Below are positions 26,803 through 36,515 of a stretch of 64,000 nt of DNA, piece by piece (position 1 is the stretch's first letter; the number at the start of each line of letters is the position of its first letter). The notes under the pieces are model-generated. The model was not told where the DNA came from. It was given only the letters and a program-made list of their open reading frames with translations, and ran no database searches. This DNA is from Gammaproteobacteria bacterium (GTDB taxonomy: Bacteria > Pseudomonadota > Gammaproteobacteria > Eutrophobiales > Eutrophobiaceae): the NCBI GenBank assembly GCA_965243205.1, contig CBDEUK010000002.1, positions 96,001-160,000 on the forward strand. Reading direction: 5' to 3'. The position numbers were made by a program, and so were the translations under genes.

Positions 26803-27731
26803 TAATACCTAAATAATTTCCTTAATTCGTCAGCGGGTTCACAGTCTGTTGTTAAATTTAATATAGGTGAACGCATTGAGCTGACTAAGCTTTCGATGTT
26901 TTCTTTCTGCAAATTTGCAATCTCATCAAGCTCTGCTTGCATCTTATTATTATCACCCAGTACCGAAACTTGTGCTCTTGCATTTATCATTCGATACAGA
27001 CCTTTGGTTTTCGGTAGAGATGATTCAAGATGATCCGAAACTTGCGCTAACACAAAATCACATCGACTGCGTAATTGAGTGAATTCTGTAATATGGTTTG
27101 AATTAAGCCCTTGAAAGTCGCTAATAAAAAAAACTAATGAACCTGGAGTGATATACTTGCGTAACTTACTCAAAGCAACAGATAAACTATTAGATAATTC
27201 CTGATTTGAAATACTTGCACGGCGACTAGAGCGGCCGAGTTCTTTAACAAATTTCATAACTGCGCGACGACCACGAGCAGATTTTATAATGATTTGTTGT
27301 TGTTCATTAAATATAAACCCAGCAATTCTTTCTCCTTGAAAAAATGCTTTCCACGCAATAATGGCCGCAGTGTTTGCAGCAACGGTGCGTTTATAACGTG
27401 TTCTTGTACCAAAATGCATAGACGCTCGATCATCGACACATATATAAACAGGGCGCTCTCGTTCTTCACGAAAAACTTTGGTAAATGCTTCGCCACGTCT
27501 AGCGGTAGTACGAGAATCAAGATAACGAATATCATCACCAGCTTGATATACTCTGGATTCATCGTATTCCATACCTCGACCGCGTGATAAAGATAAATAC
27601 TGTCCGCCTTTATTGGCTCGAATCGACTTTACCCATGAAGGTAAGCGTTTTGCAATGCGCGCTAGCTGTACTAATTCTATTGGATCAGCGATAGTGATTC
27701 CGACAATATCGTTAATGTTGTCACTTCGCAT
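26802..27731 (-). CDS. DUF58 family protein (MxaS-like, VWA-related)
   Basis: GRGMEYDESR.YQ.GDDIR, TARRG, REERER, SM.FG, FISDF. Confidence 0.92.
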   Translation of the reverse strand: MRSDNINDIVGITIADPIELVQLARIAKRLPSWVKSIRANKGGQYLSLSRGRGMEYDESRVYQAGDDIRYLDSRTTARRGEAFTKVFREERERPVYICVDDRASMHFGTRTRYKRTVAANTAAIIAWKAFFQGERIAGFIFNEQQQIIIKSARGRRAVMKFVKELGRSSRRASISNQELSNSLSVALSKLRKYITPGSLVFFISDFQGLNSNHITEFTQLRSRCDFVLAQVSDHLESSLPKTKGLYRMINARAQVSVLGDNNKMQAELDEIANLQKENIESLVSSMRSPILNLTTDCEPADELRKLFRY

Positions 27732-27746
27732 AAGAGATACCTTAGT

Positions 27747-28715
27747 TTAAGGCGTTGTAACGCGATCTAATAATGTATCGATACATTGTTCAACTGATAT
27801 ATCTTCGCTTTCAGCTTCGTAACTTAATACCAATCGATGACTCAAGATATCGGGTAATAATGTTTGTATATCATCGGGTCCTACAAAATCTCTATTGTTT
27901 AACCATGCATTGGCTCGTGCACAAATATCCAGTGCAAGTGTTGCACGTGGACTAGCGCCATATTCGATCCATCGAGCAAGATCATCTCCGTAACGTTGAG
28001 GTTTTCTAGTCGCTAGTATCAACTCGATTAAGTATTGTTCTACTGATTCAGCAAGATGTACTTCTGTTACTTGTTTACGTGCTTGAGTGATCTCTTCATG
28101 AGTGATACTGATCCGTTGTTTTTTTTCTTTTTCTGTATTGACATATTGTTCAATCCTCTCCTGATTCGCTAAAGCCAAAATTGTTTTCTCGTCTTCTGCT
28201 TTAGGGTAATCAACCACCGTTTTCATTAGAAAGCGATCGAGCTGCGCTTCGGGTAAAGGATAGGTACCTTCATGTTCCAATGGATTTTGTGTTGCCATAA
28301 CTAAAAATAATTCTGGCATCCCATACGTATTGTTACCTATAGTAATTTGCCGTTCGCCCATCGCTTCTAATAATGCTGATTGGACTTTTGGTGGTGCGCG
28401 GTTAACTTCATCGGCTAAGATGATTTGATAAAACAATGGCCCAGGTTGAAAATCAAATTCCCCCGTCTGTGGCCGAAATACATCGGAACCAGTTAAATCA
28501 GCTGGTAATAAATCTGGTGTGAATTGAATACGATGAAATTCAGCATCGATACATTCACTAAGTAACTTAATGGCCTTGGTTTTAGCCAAACCAGGCGCAC
28601 CTTCAACTAATAAATGTCCATCGGCTAAAAGTGAAATTAGGAGTCTGTCGATGAGTTTTGGTTGGCCTATAATATTGGCTGAAAGGTATTCAACCAGGCT
28701 TGATAAATTATTCAT
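27747..28715 (-). CDS. moxR: MoxR-family AAA+ ATPase (MxaR-like)
   Basis: GAPGLAKT, RIQFTPDLLPAD, LADEVNRAPPKVQSALLEAM, ATQNPLEHEGTYPLPEAQLDRF. Confidence 0.95.
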   Translation of the reverse strand: MNNLSSLVEYLSANIIGQPKLIDRLLISLLADGHLLVEGAPGLAKTKAIKLLSECIDAEFHRIQFTPDLLPADLTGSDVFRPQTGEFDFQPGPLFYQIILADEVNRAPPKVQSALLEAMGERQITIGNNTYGMPELFLVMATQNPLEHEGTYPLPEAQLDRFLMKTVVDYPKAEDEKTILALANQERIEQYVNTEKEKKQRISITHEEITQARKQVTEVHLAESVEQYLIELILATRKPQRYGDDLARWIEYGASPRATLALDICARANAWLNNRDFVGPDDIQTLLPDILSHRLVLSYEAESEDISVEQCIDTLLDRVTTP

Positions 28716-28942
28716 TTATACCCTCAATAATGGCTTTGAACAAATCATCAGCGTCACAACAGAATGGGTAGAAAATGAATGAAAAGACAATCAAAAATAA
28801 TTATTTTATTTCGTTTATCTACCTTCAAAATCTAGGTAACTTTTGAATTATTTAGAAAACAATCCCTCATTTCATGCAGCTGATTATCTATTATTGAAGC
28901 TGCCGGAATGCTCTTATATAGTCAATTACAAGACATCGAATT

Positions 28943-29001
28943 AGGAAAAATTCATTATGATTTTTGGGTAATTATTACCATTTTAAAGGATAAATTTTCA
29001 A
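28943..29001. promoter_or_regulatory. Operator array upstream of the moxR operon
   Basis: AGGAAAAATTCAT 28943 (identical to 2506), GGG-N9-CCA 28966 (+23), AGG-N9-CAA 28987. Confidence 0.55.
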
Positions 29002-29048
29002 ATAGCAGTTTCTGGTTCAATAGCTGGAAGGTTTTAAAAACTTTATTA

Positions 29049-31109
29049 TCAAGCAACTTTAAATATATTCACTTCTGATTGTAAATCATTTGATAGTTTT
29101 TGCAGTTGGTGAATAGACTGTAGTAGTTCATTACTGTTTTCATTTGTTTGCTGAGCAGTATCACTAATATGAACAATATTTTGGTTTATATCTTCACCAA
29201 CAGTTTTTTGATTATCGGTTGTATTAGCTATTTCATTGGTCATGGTTGAAAGTTTTGACATTGAACTATCGATTTTTTCAAGTGACTTGGAAGCATTGTC
29301 AGATACAGTGACACTTTCGTTACTCTTTTCTAAACCATCTTTCATAATGGAGACTGCTTCTTTAGAAGTAGTTTGTAATTTTTCTATGATAGTTTGAATC
29401 TCATGTGTTGAGTCATGAGAGCGTTGTGCTAATGTTCTTACTTCATCTGCCACAACGGCAAATCCGCGTCCTTGTTCACCAGCTCTTGCTGCTTCGATTG
29501 CAGCATTAAGTGCTAATAAATTGGTTTGTTCAGCGATATCTTGGATGACATCTAAGACTGTTGAAATAGAATTTGAATCTTGATCAACACGGTCGATCAT
29601 TGTTGCTGTTTGTTCGATCGTTTGTGAAAGAGATTGTGCAGTGGTAGCGGATACACCGACAATTTCTTGGCCTTCTATAACCATACTACCAACACCTTGA
29701 GTTTCATTTGCGACATTTTTTGTAAAGTTTGCAATTTCTTGGCTAGATGCAACCATTTCAGTTATTGCTGTTGCTAGACTATCTGCATCTCTTTTTTGTG
29801 CCTCAACATTTTTGAAATTCTTATTAGCAATTTCATTTAAACTTTCAGTAGCAGAACCAACAGAGTTTGCTGAAGAGGAAATTTGTTTTACTAATTTATT
29901 CAGATTTATCAATAATTGATTGATGTCTTTATTTAATAAATCTATTTCGTTGTTTGTATCAGTTGCCGCATTTGTGTTTGTTTGTATTTGTAAGTCACCT
30001 TTACTTATATTTTTTATGGTTTCACTGACTTGGTTTAATGGTTTAAGACCCAAACGTAATGTTAAAATGGTTAACCAAACGACGACCATGCAACAAACAA
30101 TACCCGTTACGATTAAAATATTTCTTATAGCAGTACTAGCAGATGCAAGTTCATCAACGTATCCTTTAGAAACAACCATAACATTCCAAGGTTCGAATAT
30201 AGTGTAAGATGCAATCATTTCACGAGAGTTTATTGATTCAATATCTTGCCAATGATATGAAATAGATCCGCGTTGATTCTCATACATATTTCGATATAGA
30301 GATGTTCCATCTGCATCGTTCATATCTATAATCGTTTTATCTTTTAGAGCATGATCTACTAATACTCTACCAAAACTATCACCTTTCTTTGTGCTAAAGA
30401 CTAATACATTCCCATTTTCACCGAAACGTAGTTCATCCAGAGTTTGATAAAGCGATTTCAAGCCTTCTGTAAAATCAAAACCAATATAAAGAATAGCAAT
30501 GGTATTACCACTTGCATCCTGAATTGGAGAATAAACGGTCATATAATCACGGCCAAATAAATGTGCGCGGCCAATATATTTTTTACCATCCATTAATTTT
30601 TTATATCCAGGATGGTTCTGACCTAACAATGTACCAATAGCACGTTCACCATTTGTTTTACGTAACGAAGTTGTTGCTCTTAAAAAATCGTCTTCATAAC
30701 GGACAAAAATTGTAGCAGTACCACCAGTGAGCTTTGTAAACTGATCAGGATATGTAAAATCAAGATTTAATGGAACTGAATTGAGTAAAAGCAATGGGCT
30801 TTCATATTTTCCAATAGAAATGGTTTGAGATGTATCAAGTTGAAACTTTCCATCGACCATTGAGAAGAAAGCATTGCTTAAACGGTCTGCATTATTTCTT
30901 AATGTCTCATCATAAAAACGTAATTTTTCAACAATTAAATTAGTATCACGTTCTAGAGCTTCTTCCGCTTGTGTGATTAGTGCGTTTTTTGAATAAAAAT
31001 AAGCAATGCTGGCAAATGCGAAAAAAAAAGTAAGTATCACCACAATTAATGGTAATACAGTTTGTTTGATCAAAGACATATGTTGAAACTGTTTCATAAC
31101 GTGACCCAT
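29049..31109 (-). CDS. Methyl-accepting chemotaxis protein with Cache_3-Cache_2 sensor
   Basis: [17 protein letters not shown]...[27 protein letters not shown]; [34 protein letters not shown]. Confidence 0.95.
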   Translation of the reverse strand: MGHVMKQFQHMSLIKQTVLPLIVVILTFFFAFASIAYFYSKNALITQAEEALERDTNLIVEKLRFYDETLRNNADRLSNAFFSMVDGKFQLDTSQTISIGKYESPLLLLNSVPLNLDFTYPDQFTKLTGGTATIFVRYEDDFLRATTSLRKTNGERAIGTLLGQNHPGYKKLMDGKKYIGRAHLFGRDYMTVYSPIQDASGNTIAILYIGFDFTEGLKSLYQTLDELRFGENGNVLVFSTKKGDSFGRVLVDHALKDKTIIDMNDADGTSLYRNMYENQRGSISYHWQDIESINSREMIASYTIFEPWNVMVVSKGYVDELASASTAIRNILIVTGIVCCMVVVWLTILTLRLGLKPLNQVSETIKNISKGDLQIQTNTNAATDTNNEIDLLNKDINQLLINLNKLVKQISSSANSVGSATESLNEIANKNFKNVEAQKRDADSLATAITEMVASSQEIANFTKNVANETQGVGSMVIEGQEIVGVSATTAQSLSQTIEQTATMIDRVDQDSNSISTVLDVIQDIAEQTNLLALNAAIEAARAGEQGRGFAVVADEVRTLAQRSHDSTHEIQTIIEKLQTTSKEAVSIMKDGLEKSNESVTVSDNASKSLEKIDSSMSKLSTMTNEIANTTDNQKTVGEDINQNIVHISDTAQQTNENSNELLQSIHQLQKLSNDLQSEVNIFKVA

Positions 31110-31115
31110 TTCAAA

Positions 31116-31484
31116 TTATATTCCTAGGCAGTTTTGTTCCATTACTTCATTCCTAGAAATCGTGGATAAAATTTTATTCAGTAGAATTTTTTTTTGCATT
31201 TCCATTTTATGAAACTTCAGTCCTATGCTGGAATCTGTCATCCAACAAATTTGTATACGAGAGATAAAAGTACTCGGCTTAGCCATATCATTGATATTTA
31301 TTTTTAATAAATATTCAGGTTTAGTTTCCCAATTTTGTGGTCGAATGACTTCAATACCACCTTGAGAAAGATTCCTGATTGGTACTCTATATACCGTTTT
31401 GTTTGTAAGTATTTCAGCTGTATAACTAACTTCTCTTCTTGGAAACTTACGCCTATCTTTCACTAAATTTTGCCTGATATTCAA
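31116..31484 (-). CDS. PilZ domain protein
   Basis: RRKFPR and NLSQGG c-di-GMP motifs, GLKF; TTG start. Confidence 0.85.
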   Translation of the reverse strand: MNIRQNLVKDRRKFPRREVSYTAEILTNKTVYRVPIRNLSQGGIEVIRPQNWETKPEYLLKININDMAKPSTFISRIQICWMTDSSIGLKFHKMEMQKKILLNKILSTISRNEVMEQNCLGI

Positions 31485-31720
31485 TTATCTAGGTCTTTTT
31501 ATCGGCTATTAATGCTAATAATTTAATAAAAATACCTCATTGAGAGTTCAATTAATTACGATAAAGTGATTTCCTTAGACGTAATGAATCTTGTGAAATA
31601 AGTAATACTTAAACGTATATAAAACTTAACTCTCAATTGAAAATCTATCTTTAAGTACTTCTTCGCTTCCAGTATTTTTAAGGAATAAGGGAATTTTCAC
31701 TCGAATCTATCAGAGAATTG

Positions 31721-31762
31721 ATATTCATAAATGATATGTTATAACATATCATTTATGAATAT
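31721..31762. promoter_or_regulatory. 42-bp perfect palindrome containing overlapping Zur boxes
   Basis: ATATTCATAAATGATATGTTA|TAACATATCATTTATGAATAT, ending 33 bp upstream of zur. Confidence 0.8.
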
Positions 31763-31795
31763 GAGTGAATTCAAAATCCTCTTCTAGGTATTCCA

Positions 31796-32191
31796 ATGCA
31801 ATTGACCACAAATCAACAAAATGTGCTTGCCGCGCTTGAGCAAGCAAGCAGTCCACTCAGTGCCTATGAGTTACTCAAACAGTTGAGTAAACCAGGATTC
31901 AACGCACCGGCACAAGTTTATCGTGCCTTGAGCAGGTTGGTAGAACATGGTCTGGTACACCGGCTGGAAACGTTGAATGCATACATTGCCTGCTCGCACC
32001 CCAACGATTGTGAGAGCGGTTTTACAGCTTTCTCTATTTGTGACACATGTGGACAAGCAGACGAATTTGCAGTCAAAGATGTGGGTTTGAGACGCTGGGC
32101 GAAGAGCCATGCTTTTGTTATTGAAAACACTGTGATTGAGGTTCGTGGTCAATGTGCTACCTGCGCCAAGCGAGTACAGACTGAGAGCTGA
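31796..32191 (+). CDS. zur: Zur-like Fur-family regulator
   Basis: LSAYELL, APAQVYRAL, VHRLETLNAY.AC.H, CDTCG, EVRGQCATC. Confidence 0.85.
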   Translation: MQLTTNQQNVLAALEQASSPLSAYELLKQLSKPGFNAPAQVYRALSRLVEHGLVHRLETLNAYIACSHPNDCESGFTAFSICDTCGQADEFAVKDVGLRRWAKSHAFVIENTVIEVRGQCATCAKRVQTES

Positions 32192-32219
32192 ATATTTTTA
32201 ACCTTAAGAATTTACGAGT

Positions 32220-33335
32220 ATGACAATGAACTCTGAAGTCTCTATACAACAACAGCCCGAAAAAATACCTGTTACTCTACTAACCGGTTTCCTTGGTAGC
32301 GGCAAAACGACTGCGCTTAATCACCTAGTACGTCAGCCAGAACTAGCTGATACATTAGTCATTATTAATGAGTTTGGTGAGATGGCACTGGATCATTTAC
32401 TGGTCGCCCACAGTACAGAAAACTTGGTGATGGAGATGAGCAGCGGTTGCCTATGTTGCACTATCCGTGGTGATCTCGTTAAAACATTGCGAGAAATCAT
32501 CTGGCGTTTTTCGCGCAACAGTCAACGCCAGTTCAAGCGTGTCATGATCGAAACTACTGGACTGGCCGATCCCGCGCCAATTGTTCATACATTAATGACC
32601 CATCCGCATATTGCTCCAAGATATCGTCTCGACGGTATTGCAGTGACTATTGATATGGCGACAGGTTCGAACACACTTGATGAGCATAGTGAAGCTATCA
32701 AACAGGCGGCCGTAGCTGATTCGCTATTGTTGACCAAGTCTGATCTTGCTACCGATGAACAAAAAATGGCATTACTTAGACGTCTCGATGATATCAACCC
32801 CGCTGCGCCAAGATATGAAGTGCATAATGGTAAAGTCGCACCTGAGCAGGTGTTGGATCTAGGATTATTTTCAGGACATGGTAAAACACCAGATGTTGAG
32901 CGTTGGCTTAAGCAAGAAGCCTACGCTGAGGCATCATCAGAGCATCATGAACAACACAGTCATGACCACGACCATGGCGATAGACACCATCATCATGATG
33001 TGAATCGTCACGACGATCATATTAATTCTTTTTGCTTCGTATTAGAGGAACCGATTTCGAAACAGGTATTGTCTGCCTGGTTAGGGTTGATGAGTGTCTT
33101 TGTCGGTACTCGCATTCTACGTGTTAAAGGCATTATCAATGTTAAAGAATATGATCAGCCAATCGTCGTGCATGGAGTGCAACATGTCTTCCATCCGCCT
33201 GTTCCACTTCCAGCCTGGCCCAGCGAGGATCGTCGTTCGCACTTGGTGTTTATCACCCAGGATGTAGGGCGGGATGTTATCAAAAAAACATTGGATATCT
33301 TCCAACAGTCACAAACAGGTGAGGCGGTAGCGTGA
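32220..33335 (+). CDS. COG0523 (CobW/ZigA-type) G3E GTPase metallochaperone
   Basis: TGFLGSGKTT, NEFGE, GCLCC, ETTGLADP, His-rich linker, RVKG, HGVQH. Confidence 0.95.
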   Translation: MTMNSEVSIQQQPEKIPVTLLTGFLGSGKTTALNHLVRQPELADTLVIINEFGEMALDHLLVAHSTENLVMEMSSGCLCCTIRGDLVKTLREIIWRFSRNSQRQFKRVMIETTGLADPAPIVHTLMTHPHIAPRYRLDGIAVTIDMATGSNTLDEHSEAIKQAAVADSLLLTKSDLATDEQKMALLRRLDDINPAAPRYEVHNGKVAPEQVLDLGLFSGHGKTPDVERWLKQEAYAEASSEHHEQHSHDHDHGDRHHHHDVNRHDDHINSFCFVLEEPISKQVLSAWLGLMSVFVGTRILRVKGIINVKEYDQPIVVHGVQHVFHPPVPLPAWPSEDRRSHLVFITQDVGRDVIKKTLDIFQQSQTGEAVA

Positions 33336-33392
33336 CCTCAGCGATCCATCTACAGAATTCTCTGAGAAAACAAAACAATCTTTGCAAATAAT

Positions 33393-34316
33393 ATGTCCAA
33401 ATCAGATGACGATGTACGTATGAATGCTTCGATCAGTAAAACATTGATATTGCTCTTAGTCTTTTTTTGTACATTTAAAAGTACAAACACATCTTATGCA
33501 CACCCTATATTCCCTCCTGAGGTAATGGAATTTTTAAAACAAAATCCAAATGCCACAAAAGAGGAGATAAACAATTTCATGTTGAAAACTTACGGGAATC
33601 TAGAGGAGCTTTATGGACCTCCGTTATATATAAATAGTCCTGAAGTCATTGATTTGTTAGAGGAAAAAATTAACAAAGATAAAACAATTCAGAATATTAC
33701 TGATGATGCGAGACTAATTCTATCAACAAGAGATAAAAACAGATCTTTCCTTAAAAATGCTCGAGATTTTACCATTCTGGGTGTAGAGCATATTCTCATA
33801 GGTCTAGATCATATTTTATTTGTAATTTCACTTGTTTTGATACTTTTACCGTGGAGAAAAATTTTATCCATGGTAACCACATTTACAATCGCTCATTCAT
33901 TGACACTTATTTTAGCTGGAAGCGGCATACTGACTTTGTCAGGAAGAATTGTTGAGCCAATCATAGCTTTTTCCATAGCGTATATGGCTATAACAACGGT
34001 ATTTTTAAAACACATTACATTTTTTCAAAAAATGCATAGCAGGCTTAGCGTAATTTTTGTTTTCGGTTTGTTTCATGGATTGGGATTCGCTGGAGTATTT
34101 TCGGATTTACAGATCCCAGCTGATAAATACCTTTCATCACTTCTTTTCTTCAATGTTGGAGTAGAAATAGGACAAGTATTAATTTTAGTTTTGGTTGTTC
34201 CTTTGCTAATTCTTCTAAATAAGAATGAAAAATTATATGAAATCACCACAAAGATATTTGCCTGCATAATTTCACTCTTAGCTATTTATTGGGTAGTCCA
34301 AAGAGTTTTTTATTAA
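33393..34316 (+). CDS. HupE/UreJ-family metal transporter-like membrane protein
   Basis: GVEHIL.GLDHILF, FTIAHSLTL, VEPIIA.SI, FGLFHGLGFA, FNVGVEIGQ. Confidence 0.88.
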   Translation: MSKSDDDVRMNASISKTLILLLVFFCTFKSTNTSYAHPIFPPEVMEFLKQNPNATKEEINNFMLKTYGNLEELYGPPLYINSPEVIDLLEEKINKDKTIQNITDDARLILSTRDKNRSFLKNARDFTILGVEHILIGLDHILFVISLVLILLPWRKILSMVTTFTIAHSLTLILAGSGILTLSGRIVEPIIAFSIAYMAITTVFLKHITFFQKMHSRLSVIFVFGLFHGLGFAGVFSDLQIPADKYLSSLLFFNVGVEIGQVLILVLVVPLLILLNKNEKLYEITTKIFACIISLLAIYWVVQRVFY

Positions 34317-34397
34317 CTGACTCCTATAAATATACTTAATTAGTATTTCAATCATTTACTGAATTATAGATTCCTAAAAATTAACAATAAATTTTTA

Positions 34398-34425
34398 TTG
34401 AAAAATACGACCGGTCGTCTATAAT
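34398..34425 (+). promoter_or_regulatory. Sigma70 promoter with a TetR/NemR-type operator in the spacer
   Basis: TTGAAA 34398-403, TATAAT 34420-25, palindrome ACGACCGGTCGT 34407-18. Confidence 0.7.
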
Positions 34426-34539
34426 GTTTTTAACGAATTAGAATTTCAAATACGGTTTGTATAAAACGTTTTTATTAATTCTATTTTCTGTACATAAAAT
34501 TCTTTAAATAATAATTAGTTATAGTATGAGGAGAAACAA

Positions 34540-34812
34540 ATGCCTAAATATATTATTGAACGAGATATTCCAGACGCTGGGAAATTAACATCAGGCGATT
34601 TACAGGGTATTTCCCAAAAATCATGCTCAATTCTAAAAGACCTAGGCCCACAGATTCAGTGGCAACAAAGTTATGTAAGTGATGACAAAATTTATTGTGT
34701 GTATATAGCGCCTGACAAAGAAGTGATACGTGAACATGCTGAACAAGGTGGTTTCCCGGTTAATTCAATATCTGAAATTCGAAATATTATTGATCCAACA
34801 ACTGCAGAATAA
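34540..34812 (+). CDS. DUF4242 protein
   Basis: MPKYIIERDIP.AG, QW..SYV..DKIYCVY.A, H....GFP, IDPTTAE. Confidence 0.9.
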   Translation: MPKYIIERDIPDAGKLTSGDLQGISQKSCSILKDLGPQIQWQQSYVSDDKIYCVYIAPDKEVIREHAEQGGFPVNSISEIRNIIDPTTAE

Positions 34813-34845
34813 ATATTGAATACTTAAAATAGATGAGATTTTCTT

Positions 34846-35763
34846 ATGTTATTTAAATTAATTTCTTTTGTATTGTGTATTTCAACAGGTTTTGTATTTG
34901 CAAACGAAGGTAATACTTTAAATCTAACGGAAGTCGCTGATGGAATTTATGTACATGCAGGGATGCATTTGGGTTTTGAAGAAGAACATGCAGATGATAT
35001 TGCGAATATAGGATTTATAGTTGGTTCAGAATGTATTGCAGTTATAGATACTGGAGGTTCATATAAAATAGGTGAGCTTTTAAAAAAAGAAATTAATAAA
35101 ATCAGTGATGTTCCGATTTGTTATGTCATAAATACACACATTCATTATGATCATGTATTAGGAAATGCTGCATTTAAAGATACAAAAGTTAAGTTTGTAG
35201 GACATAAAGGACTTGCTGAAGAACTTGAATACAATAAAGAATTCTTTCTAGAACAATTTAGTCACTTTATTGACAAAGAAAATATTGAAAATGTAATCGT
35301 TAAACCTGACATTGAAGTCGAAAATACTATGAATCTAGATCTTGGTAATAGAGAAATAGTATTAACCGCTTACCACAGAGCTCATACCGATACAGATTTA
35401 ACGATCATAGATATCAATACAAATACTCTTTGGTTATCTGATTTACTATTTATGGAACGAATTCCTGCTATTGATGGCAGTATTAAAGGATGGTTATCAG
35501 TTATGGAAGAATTGAAGCAAAGAGATTTTAAGTTAGTGATCCCAGGGCATGGGCCTGTCTCTGCCAAATGGCCTAGTGCTGCTAAAAGTCAGTATGCATA
35601 TTTAAAATCATTACATGATGAAGTGGAAAAGGAAATCGATCGAGGTGCTTTTATGGAAGACATTATTGAGACAGTATTGAGTGAAGAGAAAAAGAAATGG
35701 CTTTTGCATGAAGAAAATCATCGTCGCAATGTGAGTAAAACATTTACTGAATTGGAATGGTAG
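34846..35763 (+). CDS. Quinoprotein relay system zinc metallohydrolase (MBL fold, exported)
   Basis: IANIGFIVG, VIDTGGS, NTHIHYDH..GN, AHT.TD, PGHG, ends ELEW. Confidence 0.85.
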   Translation: MLFKLISFVLCISTGFVFANEGNTLNLTEVADGIYVHAGMHLGFEEEHADDIANIGFIVGSECIAVIDTGGSYKIGELLKKEINKISDVPICYVINTHIHYDHVLGNAAFKDTKVKFVGHKGLAEELEYNKEFFLEQFSHFIDKENIENVIVKPDIEVENTMNLDLGNREIVLTAYHRAHTDTDLTIIDINTNTLWLSDLLFMERIPAIDGSIKGWLSVMEELKQRDFKLVIPGHGPVSAKWPSAAKSQYAYLKSLHDEVEKEIDRGAFMEDIIETVLSEEKKKWLLHEENHRRNVSKTFTELEW

Positions 35764-35876
35764 TAAATGGCTTAAAAGAATATTATTACTGATATTATAT
35801 TTTATTAGATAGTTAGTATTATAAGAGTGATAATATCTTCTAAGTTAATTTAAGTAATCAGTAGTACGTTCTCAAT

Positions 35877-36473
35877 ATGGTAATGGATAAAAAAGAAATC
35901 AAGAAAATAAAAGTTCTCGACGAAGGCGTTCGTCTGTTCATGAAACATGGATATCATGGTACAGGAGTGAAAGAAATTCTTGATAATGTAAAAATCCCTA
36001 AAGGTTCGTTTTACGCTTACTTTGATAGCAAAGAAGATTTTTTAGCGAGTGCTATAACTCATTATATTGAGCCCTTCATTAAACATCTAGAAAAGAACAT
36101 CAATACTCCAGGTCTTAATGGTTATGAAGCGCTAAAGAAATATTTTTCATCGTTAATAGATGATATGGAAAAGTCTAATCTTGAAACGGGCTGTCTTTTA
36201 GGTGACATGATGGGTGAGTTAACTATTGATGGTGAGATAGGTAGAAAATCACTTATGAAGGCAGTAGATGATTATTGTTCATTGATTACAAAAGCACTTT
36301 CTTCTGCGCAACAAGAAGCAATCATACGTGATGATATATCGCCAGAAAAAATGACAAATATAATTTTTAGTACTTGGCAAGGTGCTTTACTAAGAATGAG
36401 ATTAGAACAATCTGTTGAACCACTATATGAATTTTATGAAGCAATTTTAGAAGATTATATATTGGTTAAATAG
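35877..36473 (+). CDS. TetR-family regulator, NemR-like
   Basis: GYHGTGVKEIL....PKGSFY.YF.SKE, GCLLG, WQGALL. Confidence 0.9.
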   Translation: MVMDKKEIKKIKVLDEGVRLFMKHGYHGTGVKEILDNVKIPKGSFYAYFDSKEDFLASAITHYIEPFIKHLEKNINTPGLNGYEALKKYFSSLIDDMEKSNLETGCLLGDMMGELTIDGEIGRKSLMKAVDDYCSLITKALSSAQQEAIIRDDISPEKMTNIIFSTWQGALLRMRLEQSVEPLYEFYEAILEDYILVK

Positions 36474-36515
36474 ACTACTAATACTTTAATATATACCTTT
36501 TATATTGTTATGTTA

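Noticed and set aside
28711-28800. Short minus-strand frame LIVFSFIFYPFCCDADDLFKAIIEGINE upstream of moxR
   Set aside because: Looks like a decayed gene stub but lacks a convincing start and SD; cannot be supported
31539-31637. 10-bp inverted repeat ATTGAGAGTT/AACTCTCAAT about 80 bp apart
   Set aside because: Single short occurrence with no other MITE features
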